64,000 nt of DNA from Octopus vulgaris (lineage: Eukaryota), in assembly GCA_951406725.2 (NCBI GenBank), contig OX597828.1, positions 61,008,001 to 61,072,000 on the forward strand. The letters run 5' to 3'. The notes under the pieces were generated by a model. The model did no database searches and was not told the DNA's origin. It was given only the letters and a program-made list of their open reading frames with translations. How positions within the stretch are numbered: position 1 is the first letter of the stretch; every line of letters starts with the position of its first letter. This document shows, one piece after another, positions 11,198 to 22,330 of the stretch. The translations under genes were made by a program, and so were the position numbers.

Positions 11198-12679
11198 ATG
11201 GATCTTGACTTAACGTCAAATTCTGATTTTCCCGAGATGGGAGAAGTTATAAAGCAAAAGGATACAAAGGAGAAACAAATTTTTTCGGAAGCCGTTGGAG
11301 GCAATGTTATAGAACTGGAAGTAACAATGGAGGATCTCTTCAAGTTCAGAAAGTTCATACAAAGGAATGGAGAAGAAACGAGAATAATACCGCCCCCTGA
11401 CACCTTACAAGCAATCCGTGAGAAGACGGTAATTTATAAGGTATATAATATTAAGGAAACAAAGATTGCAGATGTAAGAAATGAATTGGTAGAACGGTGC
11501 ATGGCACCAATTTGGAACAAGGTTCGCTATGTTGGCCGAGGAGTGAGAAGCGCTACTATTGAAGCGCATTTCGAGTCGGCTAGCATAGCGAAGGAAATTT
11601 CAACTCAAACGTTGAAGAGTGCAGACATCCTGTTGCTGCCCACGTACTTAGGGCGCAGAACAGCTAAGATAACAATAGAGGATATACCAACAGGTTACGA
11701 TGTAATGTGGGCAGCAACAGCGGTCGTATTCGACGTAGAAGAGAAATTAAACATTTTAAACATGAGGATGAAAGAGGCAAAATTTTGGAAAGGTCAGCAG
11801 CTTGAAATGATCGTTCAAGCTGACAATGCAACGCTGGAGAGTTTGCCAGACAGGGTCTTCGTGGGGGATGGACACACTGCGCGGGTATCGGTTGAGGGAC
11901 GTAGGCCCAGATGTTTCAAATGTGGGCAGAAGGGTCACGTCCGCTCAGAGTGCAAAAAGAAAAAACCCGTTAATGCCCCCATTCAAACCGCTGTGGAGAA
12001 CAAAGCAGACATCACAGCAACAACTAAAGAGAATACCCGGAAAAAGCAAAATGAAAGTCAAAAGGAGGAAAAGAAAATGAATGGAAAACAAAGCGAAAAC
12101 GAAAACGAGGTGGAAAATATTTTATCAAATGGAAAAGAACTGGAAGTAATGGAATATACGACTGTAACCAACAAAAGGAAGAAATCCAATACCCCGGACT
12201 CCCCACCCCAAACAAAAAGAAAAACAAACGCAGAAGAACAACACAAAAAAATTATCCAATCCCACCCCGCTGGCACTACTTTTGTAGGCCAGCATTTCAT
12301 TAAACCCCAGCCCCCAACTTTAAAAGGATTCAAAAAAACCGATAGGTGCATTGCTTATAACACAAAAAACGAGAGAGTAGTTTGGTACATAAAGGCGAAA
12401 CCAAACATAAAATGTTTCAAATCATCGGAAAAAAACCCGGATTGGAGGTATGCGAAGGTTGGAGAGGAGGAATGGAAGGAGAGACTCTTCCAACTACACG
12501 TGAGGGACAACCTGATTAAAGATGTCACACAAGAGGTGATAGCTGGAAAATTGAATATTAGCCCGGCAGCCACTCCATCCCAGAGCCCGGTGGCAACGCC
12601 GGTTAAATGCCCAGCAACAACGGAGAGTGTGGGGGAGGCAGGCAGACAAAAGCTGCCATGCTCCCTCTCACAACCGTAA
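11198..12679 (+). CDS. ORF1p, gag-like nucleic-acid-binding protein with CCHC zinc knuckle (493 aa from first ATG)
   Basis: VSVEGRRPRCFKCGQKGHVRSEC (CX2CX4HX4C), preceded by probable RRM-like folds and followed by a K/E-rich linker. The track start at 11147 is GTG; the first ATG is 11198. Confidence 0.9.
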   Translation: MDLDLTSNSDFPEMGEVIKQKDTKEKQIFSEAVGGNVIELEVTMEDLFKFRKFIQRNGEETRIIPPPDTLQAIREKTVIYKVYNIKETKIADVRNELVERCMAPIWNKVRYVGRGVRSATIEAHFESASIAKEISTQTLKSADILLLPTYLGRRTAKITIEDIPTGYDVMWAATAVVFDVEEKLNILNMRMKEAKFWKGQQLEMIVQADNATLESLPDRVFVGDGHTARVSVEGRRPRCFKCGQKGHVRSECKKKKPVNAPIQTAVENKADITATTKENTRKKQNESQKEEKKMNGKQSENENEVENILSNGKELEVMEYTTVTNKRKKSNTPDSPPQTKRKTNAEEQHKKIIQSHPAGTTFVGQHFIKPQPPTLKGFKKTDRCIAYNTKNERVVWYIKAKPNIKCFKSSEKNPDWRYAKVGEEEWKERLFQLHVRDNLIKDVTQEVIAGKLNISPAATPSQSPVATPVKCPATTESVGEAGRQKLPCSLSQP

Positions 12680-12703
12680 GTAACAAACTTTCTTCATTCA
12701 TCG

Positions 12704-15700
12704 ATGATTAAGTTGGGCTGTATAAATGTGCGTGGAATGGGGTCGAAATGGAAACAGGCTTGCTTGCTGGACGACCTCAGGACACACAGAATAGATGTAG
12801 CCATTGTCACCGAGTCCAAGATGAGAGGAACCCAAGCGTTCTCGCATCTTCTCAATGGTTACGAGAAATTTATTTCTCCTAGCCGAGGAGGAAGTGCAGG
12901 CGTGGCAGTCCTTATCAGGAAGAACTTGGACTTACAGGTAAGTACTGTCTTTATGGACCCAGAAGGTAGGCTGGTTGTCCTCGATGTAACTCACGTAAGT
13001 AAGCAGTCCTTCAGGTTGGTAGCTGTTTATGCTCCTAATGAGGGTAGGCAGACTGGTTTTTATCGGAACTTGGAGCACTTTCTAGTGACGTCTAAAACGG
13101 TAGTATTGGTAGGGGATTTCAACACTATCATCGATGCGCGGATAGATAGTGTGGGCTCGTCTGATAGAAGGGGGAATCCTTGCCTTAAGGGTCTACTGAC
13201 GAGCTTTAATCTAGTAGATCGGTTTCGAATGGATGAGCCGAGCATTCCACAGTGGACGTGGAGTAACAATGACGGCTCACGCAGATCGTATATAGATAGG
13301 GTATTTGTTAAAGAACGAGATAGGAATAGCATTAGCTGTCCACAATTTTGTATTGTGCCTTACACGGATCACAAATTAGTGACGTGTGAGGTACATGTAG
13401 ATAAATGCCATAGACAGGGACCCGGATACTGGAAAATGAACAAGTCTATTTTGGCTTGTGAAGCTTTCCGTAACCGGATTATGGAATTAGTCCAGAGGGC
13501 ATTATGTGGAACCATCATTAATAATAGATGGTGGATCGCCCTCAAAAGAGCCATCCGTTTGGAGTCCATTAGATTTAGCAACCAGCTAAGTTTAGATAGG
13601 ACTAGAATAGAGGGCGATTTAGTTAAGAACTTAGACGAGGCAATGGGATCTGGCTGTGCATCTAGAGTGTTAGCAGAGAGAACGATCTTGTACCGTCACC
13701 TCAATGCCAAGCATGAAGGATGTAGAGTCAGAGCTAAGCTACGTGCAGTGAAACGAGAAGGTATTAATGTTGCCGGATGGGCACGTCGTGTGGAGAGTCA
13801 GAAGGGCAAAAAGTCCTCTATTAAGTCTTTAACTGACGAACAGGGACGCAAAATCTATGGACAGGAGGAGATACAGAAGGTCTTTCAACAGCATTTCGCT
13901 CGGTTGTTTGGGGAGGGCGATCCACTCGAGCGAGGGGAGGACTTACAGAACTTCCTAGCTGGTGGGCCTCGGCTCTCGCCAAGCAGAGCGGAACGCTGTG
14001 AAGGACCGATTACTCCCGCGGAGGTAAGAGGGGTTTTGGCTGAATGCGCCCGGGAAAAGTCGCCGGGACTGGATGGTCTGCCCTATGAGTTTTATTGTTG
14101 TATGCCGGACTTGTTCGGGGACATACTGGCAAGCGTCTACGCAAACTGGCAACAGAATGGGAGGATTCCCAGTTCTGTGAGCCGGGGAGTTGTGACGCTG
14201 ATCCAGAAAGACCCGAGCAAGGGGGATAATATTAGTAATTATAGGCCCATAACTCTACTTAATGTAGAGTTAAAGATTTTGGCCAAGGTGTTAGCAGAAA
14301 GGTTGAAGGTCGTCATGGAAAAACTTGTCGGAAAGGCACAGACATGTGCAATCCCAGGCAGGTCGATCGAAGATAATCTTCACCTTCTACGCTACACTAT
14401 AGACAGGGTTGGGCAATTAGCCGGCAAAGGAGGGGCATTGGTCCATTTAGACCAAAGTAAAGCATTTGATAGGGTAGATCATCAGTACCTGGCGACGGTT
14501 CTCGAAGCGGCTGGGCTAGGTCCTGACTTTCGCGGGTGGATATCAGCTATGTACAGCGGTATCAAGTCCACAGTCCAGATAAACGGTTACTTAACGGAAC
14601 CGTTTTCGATTAAGCGTTCAGTTCGTCAAGGATGTCCCTTGTCCCCTCTCCTGTACGTTTTGGCTCTTGAGCCATTGCTGCGGAAGTTGGAGACGGTGAG
14701 ATGCAATCCTAATGAAATCGGATGCGGTAAGTCTGTTTCTGCGTATGCGGATGACGTCACCTTCATCGTGTCCAACGAAGCACAACTAACTCGTGTAGAA
14801 GGTGCTCTCCGAAGATACGAAGCGGTGGCTGGGGCAAAAGTTAACAAGGACAAGTCCACTGGTTTGCGCCTCGGCACCTGGAGGAACAAGCCGATATCGT
14901 CCAGTGTTGTTGGACACTGGACAGATGGTCCTGTTAAATTGCTTGGAGTTTGGTTTGGTTCAGACTCCCAGACGGAGAAAAATTGGAGCGAGGTAGTGAC
15001 CAAGGTAGAAGCCATAGTTCGGGAGTGGTCCGGAAGGCATCTTTCCTTGAAAGGGAGGGCGGAGGTGGTACAGGTGTTTATAGCATCTGTAATCACCTAT
15101 CGCCTGACTGTCGTGCCTTGCCCCGATTTGTGGCTAAGCAAGTTGGATCGACTCCTTTTCCGCTTTTTGTGGAAGGGAGGAAAGCCACTTGTAAGGCGCT
15201 CCGTGTGTTGCCAGGAACCACTAAAGGGTGGGCTGGGGATGCCTTGGTTAATGATGCGCAGGCATGCGCTGAGACTGAGACATCTCTGGTTTCACCTGGA
15301 AGGTGATAAGGTGTGGAGTCCGCTGGCAGATAATTTCTTCCCGCAACCGGACTCTATGGAGAGATTTAAACCCGGTTTCATTAAAAGACGGAACCTGACT
15401 TTATGGCAGAAAGAGTGCCGACAGGCACTCTGGCTGATCCACAAGATAGGCAAAGCCGGCTGCGGGAATACCACCTCGACATTTTATAGAAGGATGGTAG
15501 AGGCAAAAAATGACGACGTCCTAAGAGGGTCTCTGGGGTTCGATGAGGATCAACTATCCGACCTGTTTAAGAAGACTTTCAAGCCGGGGTATTTGGACAA
15601 TTACCAAAAATCCCTGACTTGGCAGTGCTATAGGAATGCTCTACCTGTTCGCGATAAGTTATATAGGCATGGAATGTCAGTGCCACCGACATGTCCAAGA

Positions 15701-16102
15701 TGTGGGTTGGACGATGAAACCGTCCAGCACGCTTTTGTACATTGTCAGGAGCTGTCAGGCTTAATAAGTTACGTAGAACACGTGTTGTCGCATCTGGGAC
15801 GAGTACAGCTATCGGCTGGTTCTATAATAAAGATGATACCGCCAGCTGGACTCTCAAAGGAAGGTGAGGCTTGTTTTCACTGTACGGTGGCAGTACTGAA
15901 AGAGTGTGTGTGGAGAACTAGATTGGAAGGTTTGGTGTCAGGAACCTTTGTCTCTGGATATGGTATGTTAAAATACTTCAGATACCATCTAAAGAGCAAG
16001 ATGGATTTAGAGAAGAGGAACCTGACACAGAAAAAGTATGTGAATCGATGGAAGGATGTGATAAAAAAGGTGGGTGTGAGTAACCCTGCTTGGTCATCAT
16101 GA
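12704..16102 (+). CDS. ORF2p: apurinic-like endonuclease, reverse transcriptase and C-terminal CCHC (1132 aa)
   Basis: EN motifs INVRG, VTESK, VYAPN, GDFN, YIDRVF, TDH. RT motifs KSPGLDG, YRPITLLN, DQSKAFDRV, RQGCPLSP, YADD. C-terminal CPRC-x8-H-x4-C. Confidence 0.97.
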   Translation: MIKLGCINVRGMGSKWKQACLLDDLRTHRIDVAIVTESKMRGTQAFSHLLNGYEKFISPSRGGSAGVAVLIRKNLDLQVSTVFMDPEGRLVVLDVTHVSKQSFRLVAVYAPNEGRQTGFYRNLEHFLVTSKTVVLVGDFNTIIDARIDSVGSSDRRGNPCLKGLLTSFNLVDRFRMDEPSIPQWTWSNNDGSRRSYIDRVFVKERDRNSISCPQFCIVPYTDHKLVTCEVHVDKCHRQGPGYWKMNKSILACEAFRNRIMELVQRALCGTIINNRWWIALKRAIRLESIRFSNQLSLDRTRIEGDLVKNLDEAMGSGCASRVLAERTILYRHLNAKHEGCRVRAKLRAVKREGINVAGWARRVESQKGKKSSIKSLTDEQGRKIYGQEEIQKVFQQHFARLFGEGDPLERGEDLQNFLAGGPRLSPSRAERCEGPITPAEVRGVLAECAREKSPGLDGLPYEFYCCMPDLFGDILASVYANWQQNGRIPSSVSRGVVTLIQKDPSKGDNISNYRPITLLNVELKILAKVLAERLKVVMEKLVGKAQTCAIPGRSIEDNLHLLRYTIDRVGQLAGKGGALVHLDQSKAFDRVDHQYLATVLEAAGLGPDFRGWISAMYSGIKSTVQINGYLTEPFSIKRSVRQGCPLSPLLYVLALEPLLRKLETVRCNPNEIGCGKSVSAYADDVTFIVSNEAQLTRVEGALRRYEAVAGAKVNKDKSTGLRLGTWRNKPISSSVVGHWTDGPVKLLGVWFGSDSQTEKNWSEVVTKVEAIVREWSGRHLSLKGRAEVVQVFIASVITYRLTVVPCPDLWLSKLDRLLFRFLWKGGKPLVRRSVCCQEPLKGGLGMPWLMMRRHALRLRHLWFHLEGDKVWSPLADNFFPQPDSMERFKPGFIKRRNLTLWQKECRQALWLIHKIGKAGCGNTTSTFYRRMVEAKNDDVLRGSLGFDEDQLSDLFKKTFKPGYLDNYQKSLTWQCYRNALPVRDKLYRHGMSVPPTCPRCGLDDETVQHAFVHCQELSGLISYVEHVLSHLGRVQLSAGSIIKMIPPAGLSKEGEACFHCTVAVLKECVWRTRLEGLVSGTFVSGYGMLKYFRYHLKSKMDLEKRNLTQKKYVNRWKDVIKKVGVSNPAWSS

Positions 16103-16338
16103 AGGGAGAAAATAGTCTCTGGGCTCTTAGGCTGTCGGGTAAGAATCCTGACTGTGATATATCTAGCTGGCCAAAATCATTTTTAATTTTAAAAAAAAAG
16201 GAGAAAAGTAAAGTCTAGTATCATAATCAATAATCAACATATGTAAATATCAAACGAACAACGTAAACTTTTTGTAATTATGTTTTGTATTGTAATGTAC
16301 TATCTCTGTAAGATTTTTATAATCATAATAAAGATTTA

Positions 16339-16628
16339 GGAAGCGACACCTACTGGCTGGCTACGCTGCATTGAAAAGGGGCAATACCCCGAAACGCGTC
16401 TGTAGCTGCCGGTCAAGTAGTGTGGAGCGACTGACCTCCCTTGTTCGAAGGTTATATGGATACAGTTTGTGTATCAAATAGCTAACTTAAGGCGATGGCC
16501 TCATGGAGCTAATAAGCGGACAGCTTTTATCTTATTTTTATAAGAATGCCATATTAGTATGGCGATAACTATTATTTTCCGAGAACGCTGCCGCTGTTCT
16601 CTTTTAGAGAGACTTAGTTATTTTAATA

Positions 16629-16634
<6 letters not shown>
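16339..16634 (+). mobile_element. 362-bp hammerhead repeat, continuation after the LINE (right TSD 16339-16355)
   Basis: Matches the inverted copy and 10658-10897, and ends in (AT)n at 16635. Confidence 0.9.
16365..16406 (+). ncRNA. Minimal type-I hammerhead ribozyme A (U3-A8 core)
   Basis: GCUGCA-UUGAAAA-GGGG caaua CCCC-GAAAC-GC-GUC/UGUAGC. It has a 6-bp stem I, 4-bp stem II and palindromic stem III ACGCGU. The predicted cut is after 16400. Confidence 0.85.
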
Positions 16635-16659
<25 letters not shown>

Positions 16660-17278
16660 CGACTCTATTATTCTTTCTATTCTTTCATTCTTTCCTTCTT
16701 TCTGTCAGCCCCTTCACATTTACTTCGTTCATTTCACTCTGTCCCTTTCGTTTTTTTCGCCCTTCCTTAATTCTTCTATCCTTCTGCCTCTACCTCTCTT
16801 TCTTCTCTCCTCACGTGACTGGTGTTCAGCCAAGCCTGAGCTTTCTTTCTTGGTCCGACTAACATCCGTGCAACATCTATATTCCTCCCTGTGCCTGTCA
16901 AGTCTTATGTCTCTGCCATACGCCTTTACTTCCACACACGCCAGCTTAATTTAATTCGTCCTTAGTCGAAAGGCATCTGTTGTTAATGTCCTGTTATTTG
17001 TATTTGCGTACGATTTGTCCGTTTTTCTGTCCTTGTTTTCGTATACATTCGCTGCTTTCTTCCAAGGAATCTAATGCTCTTAGTTTAGTTTTTCATTGGG
17101 GCTGGCCAGATTGGAGCAATCTCGAGTATAACCAGCCAAAATTGTAAAGATAATCTGGAACTCGACTGAGGAAACAAAACTCCGAATGACCCGTCCTTGT
17201 TTTCTTTGTATCGTCCGTTTGGATGTTTTGTTGTCCCTTTTTTGTATCACTTGTCTGGATGTTTTGCGTTCTTGTCCC

Positions 17279-17735
17279 ATTTTTGTTCGCAAGAGCAACT
17301 GCCTTCCGAAGCCTAATGTTGTCATGAATTACTCGAAATGAGGTGTAGATGGACGGCCGAAAACTAATGAAGGGTCGTTCTTTATATTACTTGCCTTGTT
17401 TTCCATTTGTTTCGCATACCCAAGTTTGTTTTCGTATTTCATGTTGTTTACGTTTTGTGACTTCCTGTACCCCCACCCCCTCCCATATATATATGTGTGT
17501 GTGTGTGGGTGTATGGGTGGGTGTGGGTGTGGGTACAGGACGTCACAAAACGTAAACAACATGAAATCCGAAAACAAACTTGGGTATGCGAACAACGAGA
17601 GAAACAAATGTAAAACAAGACAAGTAATATAAAGAACGACCCTTCATTAGCTGTCGGCCGTCCATCTACTCCTCATTTCGAGCAATTAACGACAATATTA
17701 GGCTTCGGAAGGCAGTTGCTCTTGCGAATCAAAAT
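17279..17735. repeat. Tail-to-tail inverted pair of about 200-bp repeat ends around an (AT)/(GT) microsatellite
   Basis: Arms at about 17279-17484 and 17507-17735 are diverged reverse complements. The same terminus TCCTGTACCC plus microsatellite recurs at about 53100. Confidence 0.85.
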
Positions 17736-17995
17736 AAAATTTGGGATTTGTGGAGGGTCAAAGTTGGTAACAAAACAGGACAGTGGAGACATACAACAAA
17801 CCAAATGAAAACAAACATGGAGGGCCGTTAGGCCAGACGAAGTAAGGTAGTGAACGCTGGGGGGATATTGTCTTTGACAAAAGAAAAGATAGAAGAGGAG
17901 ACAGATAAGAATGCGTCTGGTCTGTAAGACAGACTGAAAGAAAAGAAAGATTATCCCGTGAGGAAAAGAAAGATGGACGGTGGTCATGTGTGAGC

Positions 17996-18031
<36 letters not shown>

Positions 18032-19352
18032 AAGGAGGAAGAGGGAGTGATAGAGAGAGGGATAGAAAACGGTGAAGGGGAGAAAAAAGAATTTGAGAAA
18101 GGATGAGAGAGAAAAAAACGGAAGGGGAAGAAGTGGAGAAAAAGAATTAGAGAAAGAGTAGAGTCGCATCAAAATTATTAAGATAAACGTACTTGGAAAT
18201 GGATACGTGACGATATCAATTTTATCCTTTTTTTCCTTTCTAGTCAACACCGTGCATTCATGACTCTTTCCCTTCCTTCTACAGTATTAACTAACAACCA
18301 GCGAGCGAACTTGTCACTGTCACTACAATTATCGTATTTTCTGGTGTATAAGCCACAATTTGTTTTGTTTTACCTTCATGTTTTGATAATGTTATATTTT
18401 TTTTATCTAATAAAGACTTTTATATTGACGAAATGTGTTTCTTGTTGATTATAGTAAGATAAAGTCATGATAATAACAATACATCTTGTAGTTGCAGAAT
18501 AAGGCATTTTGAAACAACATACACGTCAACAACAAAAAAGCTAGCTGCGGACTTGTTGCTCTATGGTACTGATTCTTCGAACAGATTGGTGGCGTTTAGT
18601 AGAGATGAACCGGAAGTTGTTCCTCTTCGATTACTATCGCAAACAGCAGTAGCGGTCTCCAACCGAATACACGTCGTTGATTGGTTGAAATTACCCAAAT
18701 ACGACAATTTTAACACGAAATAACTTCTAAAATACGAAATTTTGTCAAAAACATCCATAGTAAACCGAGTTCTACGTCAAGAATTCTACCAGTATTCAAA
18801 GTTTCAAATTGTTTAGTTAAATAAAAACTAATTAAAAATCTGTGATTGAGATGGAATAGATACAAATCTTTTATATGTGGAGTAACAGATAAATCAGCAA
18901 ATTTGACGACATTTCACGAAACTCTTTTGGCAAAACTGCCTGAGTAATATACCGAGTTTGGTAAAAAATATTCAACATAATCAGTAATTTTCGGACTAAG
19001 GTACTACGTTAGGTAAATAATGCATAAGTTGCTAGCAGGCGATTGAATCTCTCTCTTTCCTTCCTTCCCATCTCTCTCACACACGCACACAGGTGTTTTT
19101 AAAACATCTAAGAGCAACAAAAAATCAGCTGGACTTTGGATCACTAGAGAATAGAGTTAAATATTTATTTTGAAAAGATGACAGGGATTTAGAAGTTGTT
19201 CCAGCTAGCTTGACGAAACTTCGAAGTCACAATCATTATTTTAAAATAAATGTATTTTTAGCATACGTATACACACATACACGCACATGCACGCACAAAC
19301 GTGTTTATTTTACTCTCGACTGTAATATGTAACAAATGCATATATATATATA

Positions 19353-19423
<71 letters not shown>

Positions 19424-20929
19424 TTTAGTGTAAGTATGTTGAAAAACGAGTTATTCAAGGAAGATCAAACAAATGTAGAAAAGATAAAGAAGAAATAAAG
19501 TGGTAGAACAAGTTTTAAATAGTAGTTTTAGTTACATAATATCATTGAGTGTAGAACAAACACGTTGGTTTGTGTGTGTGCATGCGCGCGCGTATGTGTG
19601 TGTGTGTGTATATATATATATATTATGTATGATTATAATATATGTATGTATGTATGTCGGTATATATATACACACACACAAACACGCACATATATATACT
19701 AATGCATATATTCATAGATACACATGCACACATTCTCACACATCCACATATACATACATACGCTCATAGACACACTCACACACATACACATGCCATGAAC
19801 TCGTTGTACCAATGAAAAACAGCTTGGTGATATTTGAATTTCAAATTCTTTGCTTTCATCCTCGTGTAGGAAACAAAACAAGTAGCGGTTAAACATATGA
19901 TAAAACGTGAGGTGAGCAGCAGCTGTACCGAAAACAACAACAACAACAACAACCGTCACAATGACGACGACAATAGCAAGAGCAACGAAAACGAACCGAC
20001 GGGGCTGCCACTACGCTGTCATATCATCCTCAAATCGCACCCAACGTCTTAAAATGGAGAAGGCACATTAAGTAATGTAGTTCTATATAACCCAAATAAT
20101 ACAGAATGATTACAAATGGAGCATTTCTGACGATGGATCTGCGCAATCAATTCTAAGAAACACGATCCAACGACGGAAAGAACCACAATGTAGTCGATCA
20201 AACTGCAAGAACTAGCTGGCAACACTTCCTTAAATCACACCCTACCATTTTAAAACAGAAGAAACATGTTGAATGATGCCCTAGACGTACTATGTCTAAA
20301 CAAAGATGGTTTGCCACGGCCAAAACGCCCTTGATCAGGAATCTGCTCGTCCAGGACTGAATTGAAGCTAAACACAAATAAATCAGAAAGGAAAATCAAA
20401 ATTATCTTGAGTAGAGAAAAACAAATATATTTGAGATTATGGAGAGTGAGGTCAAATGGTTGAGATTATAGGAAGAGAGAGGCTAGTGCGGCTTATGCTT
20501 TTCTTAATAATATTTAAAGTCGAAGATAAATTTTGAAATCATTTTCCTTAGATTTAGAATCTTACCTTACTTAAATCATTCAGTTTCACCTTCACGCTAC
20601 ATTCTCTACATGGCCTTGCTTTTTGCTTTTTGAGCCAAAAAATTAACTTAACTTAACTTCTCAATATAAATCACACTAAACTCAGATCGATCAGACAACT
20701 TTCCGACGAAACCAGGAAAAAAAAGTATTGATGTTGATGCATTCAACCATGTCAGTGCTGGTAAATCTATGACAAGCGAATCAGCACAAACATACCGCAG
20801 ATTTTTAGGTAACATGCGATTGACTTTAAAAAAAACAACATTCTTCCTGCAATATCATACTATACAAACTTATCTACAAGTTTTATAAGCATAACCTATA
20901 AAATAGAGATTCCTCTTGTTCTGCTGCCG

Positions 20930-22330
20930 GTTGCGGTCTAAGAAGTCTAGTATGGAAAGGTAAAACTCGTAGGGCAGATCCCCGAAATTGAACGGTTTTC
21001 GTTACCTCGCGTCCTAGAGCACGCACCTTAGTCCTGGTAATGCAGCTTTCTTCCTTAGCATTGAAGAATTGGTCGAAGGACAATTTAACCGCGAACATGT
21101 CAGTTGCGATGACTTTCCCAAGCGTCACTTTTAAGTGTCTAACTAGATTTATCTCCCTTTAAAAAAATTCTCTATCACTACGATCTTACTTAAGCTATTC
21201 GATTCTACTGTAATCGCTCTTTTTAGGGCGAACCGCCATCTGTTGTTGACGACTGCCCGCATTAACGTCTGCTGAACTAATCCACTAATCCAGTCTCTGT
21301 AATCTTGGCACTCGAGAGCAACGTGTTCAGCTTTCCGTAACCGAGTTCCCGCCTATAATGCTTATTTAGGTCGATCTTACAGATCCATAACTTATGGCCT
21401 GTGTAGCCGACGATTTTAAAATGGGACATGTCTAAGTGACTCGAAGTGTCGAGGGGAATTTCTCTGGGGGTCATTCAGTTTTTATTTTGCTGTGTTATTT
21501 GTAAGCTTCCAGCTGCTGGTGTTGTTGGTGGTGTGGCGGCTCTTGAGGGTAGTGTTTTATTTGTTTTAGTTGTTGCTAGTTCCACTCTTTGTATTGTGTC
21601 TGCTGTTTTTGTTTCCACTGATGCTGCTACAACTTTTTTGCAGTTTGTTGCTATCATTATATGCTGTCATTGGTACTGCTAATGTTGCTGTTATGATGAT
21701 AGAGTCGGTAGAAGTGAGGGCCCTTCTCTCTTCTCCTTTTCTGTGGATAGAAAAACGAGATGGTTTGTGTCACCACGGAAGTGACTCATCAACCTTGTGT
21801 CCTCAACTGACACGTATAGTTTTGTGCTATTTGGCAGACTGGTTAGGTCTGGGATGGATTCCGTGGTTTGCTGATCCATTTACATTAATAACTACATTCT
21901 GCAAAATATTAGTTTTGACCTCAATGTCGACGAAGAAAACCGTCACTAACTGGATGTTTACTTCTGGGGCACGCTGACTTTCATTATTTGTACCATTCTA
22001 CTGGCAAGGTAGATTGGTATGAGGATCAGTTCATCACTCATTAGGGTTGTTGTGGAGTATTTCCTGGCCTCATCCTCTCTAAAGAATCTCATACCTACTG
22101 TATGGTACATTTAGTCTGAGTCATTTACTTTTGTGTCGCCTGGTCTATTTTACTACTTTTTGTTGAGTAGATTTTGTATACCACAATTTTGAGAGTTGTT
22201 TCTTACCATATGAATTCTGGTATGTTGAGCTTAACAATTTATTCATATCATGTATGTTTTGGCATTTTAAGATTCTTATATTTGGCGAACAACGCCTGCG
22301 AACTCATCAACGCTAGACTTGCGTGCGAGG
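20930..22330 (-). pseudogene. Decayed Tx1-like element (ORF1 remnant plus ORF2 EN/linker piece)
   Basis: GYTGHKLWICKIDL and NNRWRFALKRAIT align with PYTDHKLVTCEVHV and NNRWWIALKRAIR of the intact ORF2. SIPDLTSLPNSTKLYVSVE is ORF1-like. Confidence 0.75.

Larger units (their letters stand above)
10981..16338 (+). mobile_element. Full-length intact Tx1-clade (L1 superfamily) non-LTR retrotransposon
   Basis: Two uninterrupted ORFs, a 217-nt 5'UTR, a 236-nt 3'UTR with AATAAA at 16327-16332, a perfect 17-bp TSD and no poly(A) tail. Confidence 0.95.

Noticed and set aside
13060-15474. Overlapping and antisense ORFs inside ORF2
   Set aside because: Shadow frames with no recognisable motifs.
17364-17400. 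CTAATGAAGGG near-core in the inverted pair
   Set aside because: No stem II or GAAA follows.
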